Source: a virus
Lineage: Duplodnaviria; Heunggongvirae; Uroviricota; Caudoviricetes
IMG/VR virus record: IMGVR_UViG_3300013426_000020
Direction: 5' to 3' (one strand)
Length of the DNA stretch: 64,000 nt
In this document: positions 19,558 to 29,126 of the stretch, in pieces
How the letters are laid out: each line of letters opens with the position of its first letter
How positions within the stretch are numbered: the stretch's first letter is position 1
Program-made: the position numbers and the translations under genes
Notes under the pieces: model-generated
Told to the model about the DNA's origin: nothing
Database searches by the model: none
Seen by the model: the letters and a program-made list of their open reading frames with translations, nothing else

Positions 19558-20515
19558 TATGATGACTGACTGGGATGTGAAGAAGGCATATCAGGAAACT
19601 GTCAAACCCATCTTCTTTCCCGTAATATTCATAGACCGATACTGGGACTACTATATGAAGTTGTTCGGTCAGGAAAAAAAGTATAAGGAATTCAAGGAAA
19701 TGTTTAAGTCTGGGGGGTTCACATATTGTTCATATATGGATGAATATAATGACACCACATACAGATGTGCGGAAAAACAGTTGACAGAAAATCAGTCCAC
19801 AGTTCATAATATGATAAAATCCTATGTTGACAGAAACATAACCGAAAATACCGGAAATCTGTTTCCAAAACTGAACAGTTATGACTTTCCTGACGGAAGA
19901 TACTTGCAGGTGGATTTGCACAATGCATTTGATGAAGCATTGAAGAATGTGGGTGTGTTCAATCCAGACTATGAATCAACGGATGAAATCATAGATGATG
20001 TCTCGAAATATGACATATTCAAAAATATGAAGAAGTTGAGGTTATCGGTATATGCATATAACAACTCCACACAAATGAAGGAACTGTTCTGTATATGTTC
20101 AGATGAAATACTGAAGAAAGTATATCTGTCTGAAGATGACCTTATGAAACATTTGCGGGAAAGATATCATAAAGGTGTGAGAAGTTCAGGAGATATGTAT
20201 ATGTATGAGATAGGTTATGACTGTGTAGATGAAATCACAGGAGACCATATGATTGACGGTATATCTGTAAATATGTCAGTGGTTGAAATAAAGACTGTAT
20301 ATCTGTTCGGGAACAGATGCAAGATTCAATTTATACCGGGTTCATCATTGACTGACTATGTACTCGGATGGTCAAGACACAATATACTCCCCCCGGAACT
20401 GTCTCCACTGCTGTTGAGAATAGGAAGAAATGAAGAACCGACAAAAATGGATCTTGCCATAGGGAATGAGGACAAGATCTACTTTCACCTAAATAAAAAT
20501 GATTATAAGATATGA
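19547..20515 (+). CDS. hypothetical protein, tandem paralog A
   Basis: 322 aa. Shares N-terminal (...DRYWDYYMKLFGQ...) and C-terminal (EMDLAIGNEDKIYFHLNKNDYKI) blocks with the next gene. Confidence 0.55.
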   Translation: MRNDMMTDWDVKKAYQETVKPIFFPVIFIDRYWDYYMKLFGQEKKYKEFKEMFKSGGFTYCSYMDEYNDTTYRCAEKQLTENQSTVHNMIKSYVDRNITENTGNLFPKLNSYDFPDGRYLQVDLHNAFDEALKNVGVFNPDYESTDEIIDDVSKYDIFKNMKKLRLSVYAYNNSTQMKELFCICSDEILKKVYLSEDDLMKHLRERYHKGVRSSGDMYMYEIGYDCVDEITGDHMIDGISVNMSVVEIKTVYLFGNRCKIQFIPGSSLTDYVLGWSRHNILPPELSPLLLRIGRNEEPTKMDLAIGNEDKIYFHLNKNDYKI

Positions 20516-21468
20516 AGAAAATATTGACTATGACAAACTATATGTCCAAGGTTTCATATGCCGCGGTGAATTATCCTCTCGGTTTTCCGATGATTCTCGC
20601 GGACAAATACTGGGACTATTATATGAGTCTTGTAGGACAGACAGACAAATGGAACAGGTTTATGAACCTGTGGAATGAGGAGGGATTTGAAACCTATGAC
20701 CAGTTCATAACAGAATTCAATGAAGTTGCAAAAAAGTCTGCAATGTTGATGTTCAATGGTTCGGTGGATGAATCCGTAAAGAAATTACATGAATATGCAG
20801 AAAATTCAAAGGAATGGGAATTCCCGACAAAAATACAGAATAATCTCAAACCAGGAAAATATATAAAGGTTGATATACATTCATCAGTGGATTATGTCCT
20901 GAAGGAGATAGGTATATTCAATGATAAATATGATTCTCTTATGGAAATAATAAATGGTCAATCAAAATATGAAATATTCAAAGATATAAAACTGATGAAA
21001 TTCAGAACACTGAAGTTCAATGGAATAAATAATCATCCGGATATAAAAAAAATATCAAGAAGTATAATATTGAAGAAGATATATGAATCAGGTCTTCCTG
21101 AAATAGATATATTCAACAAGTCTTGCAGAAATGTATTTGTGTCAGGGAATGATATGTATCTGTATGAACTTGATAATCCGGATGAATTTGAATATTTGTG
21201 TGGGGATTATATTACGGATAATGGCATAAGTTTCAACATTTCAATGTTCAAAAATATGTGTGTTCAAATTATGGACAGTCAATATAATTTCTCAATAAAT
21301 TTGTCAAAGAAATATGTAGATTATGATTTGAGAAATTATCCGAAATATTTTATACCACTTATGATAAGACTTATAAAGGGTGAACATCCTACAGAAATGG
21401 ATCTTGCCATAGGTTATGAGGATCAAATATTCTTTCATCTGAATGAAAATGACTATAAAATCCTGTAG
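20512..21468 (+). CDS. hypothetical protein, tandem paralog B
   Basis: 318 aa. Contains ...DKYWDYYMSLVGQ... and ends EMDLAIGYEDQIFFHLNENDYKIL. Confidence 0.55.
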   Translation: MKKILTMTNYMSKVSYAAVNYPLGFPMILADKYWDYYMSLVGQTDKWNRFMNLWNEEGFETYDQFITEFNEVAKKSAMLMFNGSVDESVKKLHEYAENSKEWEFPTKIQNNLKPGKYIKVDIHSSVDYVLKEIGIFNDKYDSLMEIINGQSKYEIFKDIKLMKFRTLKFNGINNHPDIKKISRSIILKKIYESGLPEIDIFNKSCRNVFVSGNDMYLYELDNPDEFEYLCGDYITDNGISFNISMFKNMCVQIMDSQYNFSINLSKKYVDYDLRNYPKYFIPLMIRLIKGEHPTEMDLAIGYEDQIFFHLNENDYKIL

Positions 21469-21491
21469 AATTTGTTATTTTTATAAGCGAT

Positions 21492-21650
21492 TATGAAGAT
21501 TTACAGATACAAGAGAATCAAGAGTACAAAGCAGCTCGACGAGACAAAGCTCAATGAGTTCGGCAGGAGGGGATATGAGATGTGCGGACTGACGGATGAC
21601 GAGTTCGGTTACACATATTACTTCAAGATTGAAACAGAGTCAAATGGCTA
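21492..21650 (+). CDS. small hypothetical ORF coupled to tdk
   Basis: 52-aa ORF whose TAA stop overlaps the tdk ATG (ATGGCTAA). A TTTGTTATTTTTAT motif lies upstream. Confidence 0.3.
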
Positions 21651-22219
21651 AGCTTACTTACATATATGCATGTATGGGGGCGGGAAAGACCACCCAGATG
21701 CTCACAATGTTCGACCAGTACAAGAGAAGGAAGAAGAAACCGGTCATAATAAAGCCTTGTCTGGACACCAGGGAAGGAACTTTCGCCGGATGGGGAATCA
21801 CCAAGTCCAGAATAACCAGAAACGACGAGCCCACATACTATTATCATGACCTGAAGACTGAACTGTCGAACCTTGATTTCGGGGTGCTGTTTGTGGACGA
21901 GTGTCAGTTTCTGTCAAGGGATGACGTGATGACTTTGTGTGACGTCTGCGACGACAGGAACATAGATGTCTTCTGTTTCGGACTGAAGACGGACATCAAC
22001 GGGAATCTTTTTGAAGGTTCAAGCCATCTTCTTGCCCTTGCCGACAGGATAGAGGAAATCAGGACACCATGTGAGATAGAGGGATGTGACTGTAATGCGG
22101 TGTGTCATATAAGGTATGTGGATGGAAAAAGAATAACCGACGGGAATTCCGTTGCGATAGAGTCCGGGAACATCACATACAAGTCGGTTTGCAGAAAGCA
22201 CTGGAAGGAAATTTTATAA
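21644..22219 (+). CDS. tdk: thymidine kinase
   Basis: P-loop MGAGKTT, VDECQFL, FGLKTDINGNLF, and C-terminal SVCRKHWKEIL, collinear with E. coli Tdk. Confidence 0.9.
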   Translation: MAKLTYIYACMGAGKTTQMLTMFDQYKRRKKKPVIIKPCLDTREGTFAGWGITKSRITRNDEPTYYYHDLKTELSNLDFGVLFVDECQFLSRDDVMTLCDVCDDRNIDVFCFGLKTDINGNLFEGSSHLLALADRIEEIRTPCEIEGCDCNAVCHIRYVDGKRITDGNSVAIESGNITYKSVCRKHWKEIL

Positions 22220-22230
22220 ATTATAGAATT

Positions 22231-22443
22231 ATGAATAAAATTATTGACTGCAAGTTTGATCTTGACGAATTGAGAATCATATCGTATGCCTTGAAATTCT
22301 TGAAAAACAGTCAGGGAGGAATTGACTTCATCAGACCCTTGTATGATGAGAATGACAATCTGACGGATGATGAAATCAAGACAGATCTCATCAAAATCAG
22401 GGGAATGATTTCAGGTTTCGAAAGACTGTCATCAGACAAATAA
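22231..22443 (+). CDS. hypothetical protein
   Basis: Internal ATG of ORF 22102..22443, lying after the tdk stop. Confidence 0.4.
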   Translation: MNKIIDCKFDLDELRIISYALKFLKNSQGGIDFIRPLYDENDNLTDDEIKTDLIKIRGMISGFERLSSDK

Positions 22444-22452
22444 GATGAAAAA

Positions 22453-22484
22453 TGCAGGAAATGAATTTCCTGCATTTTTTTTTT
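22453..22484 (+). terminator. Rho-independent terminator
   Basis: Hairpin tgcaggaaat/atttcctgca followed by T10. Confidence 0.6.
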
Positions 22485-22491
22485 GATTTTA

Positions 22492-22523
22492 TTTGGAAGT
22501 TTGAAATAATTGTCGTATCTTTG
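22492..22523 (+). promoter_or_regulatory. class A promoter with conserved leader
   Basis: TTTGgaagTTTGaaataattgtcgTATCTTTGtatcaacaaataaaaacaaagacatttATG. Confidence 0.55.
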
Positions 22524-22550
22524 TATCAACAAATAAAAACAAAGACATTT

Positions 22551-22838
22551 ATGAAACTCAGTGAACTCAATTATGACAAGGTTTGTTCAATGTTGAACAA
22601 GAATAATTTCAGTATGCACTATGATGCATCAGACTGTTTGAGGGACATATACACGGAAAAGGGATTTGAAGAAGTCAAGTCTCAAATCATGGGTAGATAT
22701 GGAGATGTGGAGATATCGGTCAACCCCGGATCATACTGGTGGAATGAGGTGAAGATAGAGGACAAGAAATGGAATGATGACATGGATGTATTCAATAAGG
22801 AGAAACAGGCATGGTGCAGCAAATATGGATGTGATTAA
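22551..22838 (+). CDS. hypothetical protein
   Basis: ATG sits at the end of the conserved leader; the listed ORF start at 22452 lies inside the terminator. Confidence 0.5.
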   Translation: MKLSELNYDKVCSMLNKNNFSMHYDASDCLRDIYTEKGFEEVKSQIMGRYGDVEISVNPGSYWWNEVKIEDKKWNDDMDVFNKEKQAWCSKYGCD

Positions 22839-22856
22839 TGTAAAAATAAACATATT

Positions 22857-23366
22857 ATGAAAAGATTTTTTATTATTTTTGTTATGGTGATTATGTCAGT
22901 ATCATCTGCATTTTCACAGACTTATTCAGGACTTGAACCAAAATGGATCGAAAAGATTGTTCCTGCGGATGAACTGAAAGGAAATGATGAGTATACATTA
23001 TATTTTTATATGAACAGGAAAGATGAATATAGTGTAATGTATAGAGGAAATGATGAAAAGTACAGACTCATTTCAGTTCATTCTTATGAAGGTATCTTTG
23101 ATGCAAATTATAAAAATGAAATAGATAATGTTTTAATAGGATTTTATAGGGATGGTGAAATGAAATCAAAGATTTCTTTGACTGTCAGTACTTCAAAAGA
23201 CTATGAGGCATTGTTTATTCATGGAATGGATGGTTTGACAGTTATAACATGGCTTGAACATGGAGGAGATGTGAGAATAATTGCACCAAGATATAATAGG
23301 TCAAGTCTTGATGTCATGATTCCACATAGACTTGAGGACACAAAACCAGAGATTATAAATCAATAG
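22857..23366 (+). CDS. secreted protein
   Basis: Signal peptide MKRFFIIFVMVIMSVSSAFSQ. Confidence 0.55.
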   Translation: MKRFFIIFVMVIMSVSSAFSQTYSGLEPKWIEKIVPADELKGNDEYTLYFYMNRKDEYSVMYRGNDEKYRLISVHSYEGIFDANYKNEIDNVLIGFYRDGEMKSKISLTVSTSKDYEALFIHGMDGLTVITWLEHGGDVRIIAPRYNRSSLDVMIPHRLEDTKPEIINQ

Positions 23367-23369
23367 ATT

Positions 23370-23663
23370 ATGGAATTCAAACTGCCTGAGACATTGACGG
23401 TCGGAGGAATAGACTACGATGTCAAACAGAAAGACACCGGCAGGAATGGAGACTTCGGTTTCTGGGAATGCACAGGACACATAGAGATAGCGGACTCGAT
23501 TGCCGGAGAGAAGGTGTCGGAGTCCAGAAAGAGACAGAGCTTCTGGCATGAGCTGACACATGCCGTTCTTCACCAGATGGGGGAATATGATTTGTGCGAT
23601 GACGAGAAGTTCGTCAATACATTTTCATCGTTTCTTTCGGGAGCGGTGGACAGCATGAAATAA
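23370..23663 (+). CDS. small HExxH protein (DUF955/ImmA-like metallopeptidase motif)
   Basis: FWHELTHAVLHQMGE. Confidence 0.4.
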   Translation: MEFKLPETLTVGGIDYDVKQKDTGRNGDFGFWECTGHIEIADSIAGEKVSESRKRQSFWHELTHAVLHQMGEYDLCDDEKFVNTFSSFLSGAVDSMK

Positions 23664-23677
23664 AAAATAAAAAGATT

Positions 23678-23926
23678 ATGGATAGAGTATTATTTGAAAA
23701 GGCTGTCAAACTTGACAGGGACATAAACATATTGAAGAAGATTCAGGAGGATATTAGAAAATCTTCAAAATCCCATCTCAACTGGTGCGACTATAAAGAA
23801 AAACCCATATTGTCCGAATTCCAGAGGGACTTCATAAAGGACATACTGGAAAAACATGACATGCTGATGAGAGAGGAGATACAGGGTGAAATCAACAGAC
23901 TGGAGAACAAGATAAAGATGTTATGA
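23678..23926 (+). CDS. hypothetical protein
   Basis: 82-aa ORF. Confidence 0.45.
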   Translation: MDRVLFEKAVKLDRDINILKKIQEDIRKSSKSHLNWCDYKEKPILSEFQRDFIKDILEKHDMLMREEIQGEINRLENKIKML

Positions 23927-24282
23927 CAAGGGATGAAATCATAAGGGAATGCGAACTCGCATATCAAAGAAGGTTTCTTGAACTGACCGGACATAAGGAA
24001 GGGGACAAGGTGGATGTTCTGTTCCTGTCATATCATGGAACATCAAAGGAATGCAACAGTTCTTATGTAAGGGGGACCGGGACGATAGTTCTCACTGATG
24101 AAGGATATAAAATCAGGTCTGACAATGAATATCCCCAGCTTTGTGTGAAGAGAATGTATCCCAATAGCGTCGTGAATTTCAAGACATATAATGTTTATGA
24201 ACCGAAGACAGTTTATGCCGATATAACAGAAATGATCAGTTATAGAAATGTTGCCGAGAATAAGGAGAACGAAAGGATTTGA
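23923..24282 (+). CDS. hypothetical protein
   Basis: 119 aa; start overlaps the stop of the upstream gene (ATGA). Confidence 0.5.
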   Translation: MTRDEIIRECELAYQRRFLELTGHKEGDKVDVLFLSYHGTSKECNSSYVRGTGTIVLTDEGYKIRSDNEYPQLCVKRMYPNSVVNFKTYNVYEPKTVYADITEMISYRNVAENKENERI

Positions 24283-24572
24283 AAGGACATACGGAAAATA
24301 TGTAGTCTGCGATGATATTGTCATGACTTTCATGGATGCATTGAGATACTGGCTGTGGCATATGGGGGTGAACCCGAGAATTGCATTTTATAAATTCAAA
24401 AGGAAATGAAAATGAACAATATAGTCATAAGGAAATCTTCCGGATGGGAGAGGGACTACGGAAAATATATGGTCATCGACAATATGAATCTTACTGCGGA
24501 GTCTGTGGACAGTATTCCCGGTATGATGAGACTGTTGATAAGCAAGTTGAAGTTTATAAAAAATATTGAAAG

Positions 24573-24797
24573 ATGTTGCAGGTGATTGCGGAAATTGTGG
24601 CATGGATCGCAACCGTGTTCAGGGGAGCGGGAATGCTGATGAAGAATGCGGATATGGTGAAATATCTGGTCAGTGCCGGAAATCTGGGATGGCTGATCAA
24701 CGGGGCACTGACAGGAAATGTCCCGCTGATGGTCAGCAATGGATTCTGTCTGCTGGTGATGATGTATGAAATAATAATAAAAAAGATAAGGAAATGA
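24573..24797 (+). CDS. small membrane protein
   Basis: 74 aa with two transmembrane-like segments. Confidence 0.4.
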   Translation: MLQVIAEIVAWIATVFRGAGMLMKNADMVKYLVSAGNLGWLINGALTGNVPLMVSNGFCLLVMMYEIIIKKIRK

Positions 24798-25147
24798 AGG
24801 AACAGATGGGATACAAATGCGACTTCTGCGGAAAGATGTCATCGAGCAGAAGTGCAATGATGAGACATGAACAGGCATGCAGGAAGAATCCTGAAAATCT
24901 GTCAATGTGCGCGAGATGCAAGTTTCTCAGGAGGGATGAGGACTTCAGTTATAATTATCATGGTGAGCCTGTGAAGATGACAAGGATGATCTGCACATCA
25001 ACGGGGGACAGTCTTTATCACAACAGAGTGTTGAGGTTCGTCAACAAGGACATCACATATGAAATAGTGAAGCATTCCGACAGAAAGATGCCGAACATCA
25101 ATGAAGGATGCAGATATTTCAAACAGTATAATCCGGATGAGAAATGA
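24794..25147 (+). CDS. zinc-finger-like hypothetical protein
   Basis: YKCDFCGK...HEQACRKN is a C2H2-like pattern. Confidence 0.45.
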   Translation: MKEQMGYKCDFCGKMSSSRSAMMRHEQACRKNPENLSMCARCKFLRRDEDFSYNYHGEPVKMTRMICTSTGDSLYHNRVLRFVNKDITYEIVKHSDRKMPNINEGCRYFKQYNPDEK

Positions 25148-25341
25148 GCAGGACCATAAAACATCAGGACATATATGATGTCCTGCATGGAAGAAAAGTT
25201 TCTTACAGAAAGAGAATGAAAATATATAAATGGTTTGACAGAGTGAACTTTTGGGATCCCGACTTCAAGATAAACTACAGAAAGAGAAAGGACTGGAGAC
25301 ATGGCGGAATGTCCCGGATAAAGGCAAGGAGATACAAATGA
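25144..25341 (+). CDS. hypothetical basic small protein
   Basis: 65 aa, K/R-rich. Confidence 0.4.
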   Translation: MSRTIKHQDIYDVLHGRKVSYRKRMKIYKWFDRVNFWDPDFKINYRKRKDWRHGGMSRIKARRYK

Positions 25342-26063
25342 TTACATCAAGGGAGCACAGAATAGAGATATTGAATGAGAACATCAATATCTGCAATGAC
25401 AAGAATTTGAAACCAGAATTCCGGGGTGGACTGGTGTTTGGACCTACACATGTAGCATGTGCGGAAAATTTCATCAGGGAGGATGGTGATGAATATGACA
25501 GGTCGAGAGTCATATTCGAGCAAACCGACACGATAACATCCGCACTGAAATACAGAAGAAAAACAGGTGTTGACTTTCTTGTGTTCGCATCGTCCAGACA
25601 CTATGGCGGCGGGGTGTGGAACGGATCAAAGGCACAGGAGGAGGACATTTTTCTCTGCACCGATCTCTGTATGAATCATAAGGATGCACAGGAGAAATTC
25701 TATCCGTTGAACGGATGTATGACAATGGACTGTCATATCATCAGGGACTCGAATTTTGAAGTTCTGAAATATCCTGTCAATGCAAGGGCTTTCTTCTGTC
25801 CGGCACCAAATCTCAACTTGACAAATTCTGGTCATGACTTCTGGACAAGGATGTGTACATTTTCTGATACGACTTTTGACTATGCGAAGGGGGAATGTCT
25901 GGTGATAGGCGCATGGGGATGCGGAGTGTTCAAAAACAATCCTGAAGAAGTTGCGGATATGTTCAGGAAATCAATGTCCATGTTTCTGGAAGACTACAGG
26001 AATGTGGTTGTGTCCATACCTGATGAAAATATGTTAAACATATTCAAGAAAAAATTATCATGA
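25338..26063 (+). CDS. bacterial-type poly(ADP-ribose) glycohydrolase-like macrodomain (DUF2263/TIGR02452)
   Basis: PARG signature GGG-X8-QEE (HYGGGVWNGSKAQEEDIF) plus GAWGCGVFKNNPEEVA. Internal ATG of ORF 25251..26063. Confidence 0.65.
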   Translation: MITSREHRIEILNENINICNDKNLKPEFRGGLVFGPTHVACAENFIREDGDEYDRSRVIFEQTDTITSALKYRRKTGVDFLVFASSRHYGGGVWNGSKAQEEDIFLCTDLCMNHKDAQEKFYPLNGCMTMDCHIIRDSNFEVLKYPVNARAFFCPAPNLNLTNSGHDFWTRMCTFSDTTFDYAKGECLVIGAWGCGVFKNNPEEVADMFRKSMSMFLEDYRNVVVSIPDENMLNIFKKKLS

Positions 26064-26509
26064 AACACAGTTCAATAATAACAGACATAAAGATATGGCA
26101 TGAATCATATGATGATTACTGTCCGTTCTATCTTCACACAAGAAAGGGTGATGAATATATGACATGGGAATGGGAATTTCTTGGAATTTTCAGGATGGAG
26201 AAGAAGAAACATATTGCAGATCAGGATATGTTCGCATGCAAATGGTGGTCGGAAGGAAGATTGTATACAAACAATGAGTTAGAATTTGAGAATGATAAGT
26301 ATGAATACAGGAATGGAAAGTTCATCAGTCTGGCACATATGAGATTCTTGACCGGAGACGGAAAAACACATGTCTTATGGTTTCACAATGACAAGGATTG
26401 TTCAAGGGCATATGAATGGTTGAACGGAATATTGAAATCATATGGACTCAAGGACATAAATGACATCAAAAAATTCCTGAAGGATGAATTCGGTGCCATA
26501 GAATTATAA
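26060..26509 (+). CDS. hypothetical protein
   Basis: 149-aa ORF. Confidence 0.5.
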   Translation: MKHSSIITDIKIWHESYDDYCPFYLHTRKGDEYMTWEWEFLGIFRMEKKKHIADQDMFACKWWSEGRLYTNNELEFENDKYEYRNGKFISLAHMRFLTGDGKTHVLWFHNDKDCSRAYEWLNGILKSYGLKDINDIKKFLKDEFGAIEL

Positions 26510-26670
26510 AAGTTGTTATCTTTGTATATGATGAGACACATTTATTTTATTATAAACAACTTCACAGGATCAAGATATGGATGTTGGAGTTCAATAGAAG
26601 AGGCAGAATGTTACAGAAACATGCTTGATGACTGGATGAACTGGGATATAGGAATGGAAGAAAATTATTT

Positions 26671-28002
26671 TTGAAAATGAATAAACTGACACTTGAGAAC
26701 ATAAGGATAGAAGACCACAAGATTTATGACACTGACGGAAACTTTGTGGGTGAGATACTGTATGAGTATATTCGTGGTTCACGTTTATACAATATAAATC
26801 TTGAAGGATTCGATTCTGACGGCAATCCGCTTTCGGATGAAGATCATGGCGGAGTCTATATAATGACCGACAACAGGAAACTTGGTCTGGGACTTGACTA
26901 CCAGAACGAGATAAAGGATGAGAAGAATGACAACTGTCTATGGGAACTGGGCAGGTTTATGGAGCTTGCACTGACTTCCAACCCGACCGTTCTTGAAGCT
27001 TTGTTCGTTCCGGATGACAAGGTGATATATGAACATCCTGTGATGAAGGAGTTGAGGAGTCACAGGAATGAGTTTGTCTCGAAGGCGTGTTTCAAGCCTT
27101 ACTATATGTACTCTAAGAGTCAAATTTCCAAATCCAGAGGACAAAACAAGAAGATTCACTGGGACATCGAACAGATGAAGAGAAAGACTCCATTGGACTT
27201 CTGTTATACTTTCAAAGGTCAGGGATCCCAACTCATATCCGACTGGCTTGATGAGAATGGACTTGAACAGAGAAACTGTGGACTGGTGAATGTCCCGAAC
27301 ATGCCTGATATGTATGGAGTATATTATGACTGGGGTCAACATTTCAGGTTGAATGATATTGATATGATGAAATTCAGGGACAGTGACGAATATGAGAAGA
27401 TGAGACATTTCATTTCTTGTTTTTATTTTGACGGATATGCAGATGACTACAGTCTGGAGATATGGTACGAGAAGAATTCTGTCCCGAAGGGAGGATATAC
27501 AGGTATCATATCTCAAAATGAGGACTCCAACACCATAAGATACTGTTCTATTCCTGATAAGAATGAAAGACCGGTATGTTATATGTCATACAATGCCAAT
27601 GGATACGCGACACATTGCAGAAAATACAAAGAATATCTTGATTGGAAGAACCACAGGAACAAGGCGAGATACGAGTCGAATCTTGAAGGAGAGAAGTCCG
27701 GAAATCCGGATCTCATGTATGACTCCAAGAACATGATGCACTGTTTCAGGATGATTTCCATGGCGAAGGAGATTGCGGAAGGAAAGGGAATAATACTCGA
27801 CAGGACAGGAATCGACAAAGATTTCCTTATGGATGTGAGAATGAGAAGGTACGGTTATTCCGAACTGATGAAGAGACTTGAAAAGATGTCAAGAGAAATG
27901 GATGAGTCCATATGGAACTCAGTAATCAAAGAAAACATTGATCCGGAATTTGTGAACAATCTTCTGCTTGATATAAGAAAACAATGGAGGAAAAATATAT
28001 GA
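26671..28002 (+). CDS. putative pol-beta-superfamily nucleotidyltransferase-fold protein
   Basis: N-terminal RGSRLYNINLEGFDSD matches hG[GS]-x9-13-DxD. 443 aa. Confidence 0.35.
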   Translation: MKMNKLTLENIRIEDHKIYDTDGNFVGEILYEYIRGSRLYNINLEGFDSDGNPLSDEDHGGVYIMTDNRKLGLGLDYQNEIKDEKNDNCLWELGRFMELALTSNPTVLEALFVPDDKVIYEHPVMKELRSHRNEFVSKACFKPYYMYSKSQISKSRGQNKKIHWDIEQMKRKTPLDFCYTFKGQGSQLISDWLDENGLEQRNCGLVNVPNMPDMYGVYYDWGQHFRLNDIDMMKFRDSDEYEKMRHFISCFYFDGYADDYSLEIWYEKNSVPKGGYTGIISQNEDSNTIRYCSIPDKNERPVCYMSYNANGYATHCRKYKEYLDWKNHRNKARYESNLEGEKSGNPDLMYDSKNMMHCFRMISMAKEIAEGKGIILDRTGIDKDFLMDVRMRRYGYSELMKRLEKMSREMDESIWNSVIKENIDPEFVNNLLLDIRKQWRKNI

Positions 28003-28181
28003 TTTGCAAATTCAACGACGGATACGGTGCGGTATTATGCTCAAGATGTGGAAAGATAGTGTATTTGGGATCGCAAATCCCAAGTGCCATACAAAAACTC
28101 ATAATGAACAGCAAGGACACATCAGAACTTCCTGATATTTTTTGTCCTGAATGTTCGGATGAACTTGACCATATTTTATAA
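27999..28181 (+). CDS. small zinc-ribbon protein
   Basis: CSRCGK...CPECSDE. Confidence 0.4.
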   Translation: MICKFNDGYGAVLCSRCGKIVYLGSQIPSAIQKLIMNSKDTSELPDIFCPECSDELDHIL

Positions 28182-28212
28182 TTTGTGAATTCTCCAGATT
28201 TCTTCAAGAAAA

Positions 28213-28244
28213 TTTGGAGAAATCATTTTTATATGCTATTTTTG
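28213..28244 (+). promoter_or_regulatory. class A promoter (variant -7 TATTTTTG)
   Basis: TTTG at 28213, 20 nt, TATTTTTG, then leader tatcaacaaataaaac. Confidence 0.45.
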
Positions 28245-28269
28245 TATCAACAAATAAAACAACATCATT

Positions 28270-28668
28270 ATGGACTATGGTTTTTACATTATTGAAAGAC
28301 ATGAAGATTATCTTGTAGTTTCAAAAACTCCTGCCGGGCACAATCGGAAAATGATGGACATGGAATATGTGAACAGGAACTTCAGGATTTGCGGAGACAG
28401 ACTGGAAATAAAACCGAGAGTCGAGGCAAGAATGAAGAAGATTTCAAAACTTCTGGACAAGGCGGTCATGACCTTCATTCTTATGGTTGTCATGAAGTCG
28501 GATACCGAAAAGGAAGTACTGAAAAAGGAGCTGATGAAGAATGCGGGGAAGATATCTGTGCTGACCGGAAAGAATATGAATGAAGTGCTTTCCATAATAA
28601 GGGATTATGCTGTAGAAATATCTGGGAAAAACATGACACATGAGTCAAACAATACGGAGAAACAATAA
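28270..28668 (+). CDS. hypothetical protein
   Basis: 132-aa ORF. Confidence 0.5.
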   Translation: MDYGFYIIERHEDYLVVSKTPAGHNRKMMDMEYVNRNFRICGDRLEIKPRVEARMKKISKLLDKAVMTFILMVVMKSDTEKEVLKKELMKNAGKISVLTGKNMNEVLSIIRDYAVEISGKNMTHESNNTEKQ

Positions 28669-28697
28669 ATAATGATATAAGCAAACAAACATTTATC

Positions 28698-29126
28698 ATG
28701 GGAATTATTATTGTAACGACATTGTTCTTCATAGGGATAATGTTCTTTGACTTCTGGTATTGCAGGAAGATGGAGATAATGAAATACATAAGCATCGGCA
28801 TAACCCTTGCCATATTGAAGACATCATTGATGTTTCTTCTTCTTATACCGAAACATGGAGTCATAGACCAGAAGGACTATCTGTCCGCATTGGGTGCCAA
28901 GACTTTCATAGAAACCGAACAGATACTCACACAGGATGACCTTGATATGTTCAGACTGTCCATAAGGGAGATAAACGAATATCACAGTCAGAGGAAGGAC
29001 ATAGAGAACAGACATGAAAGATTCTGGGATGGACTGTTCTATAGTGAGAAGTCTCTTGAGAAGTATCCGGACATATCAGTGGACAATATGAGAATACACA
29101 AGGACATAGACAGCATATGCGAGTAG
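28698..29126 (+). CDS. membrane protein
   Basis: 142 aa with two N-terminal transmembrane segments. Confidence 0.5.
   Translation: MGIIIVTTLFFIGIMFFDFWYCRKMEIMKYISIGITLAILKTSLMFLLLIPKHGVIDQKDYLSALGAKTFIETEQILTQDDLDMFRLSIREINEYHSQRKDIENRHERFWDGLFYSEKSLEKYPDISVDNMRIHKDIDSICE

Noticed and set aside
14-22452. Several track ORF starts (11084, 44753, 61076; 22452 region)
   Set aside because: The first codon is TTG or lies inside a terminator or promoter. Starts were moved to the first ATG downstream of the regulatory elements.
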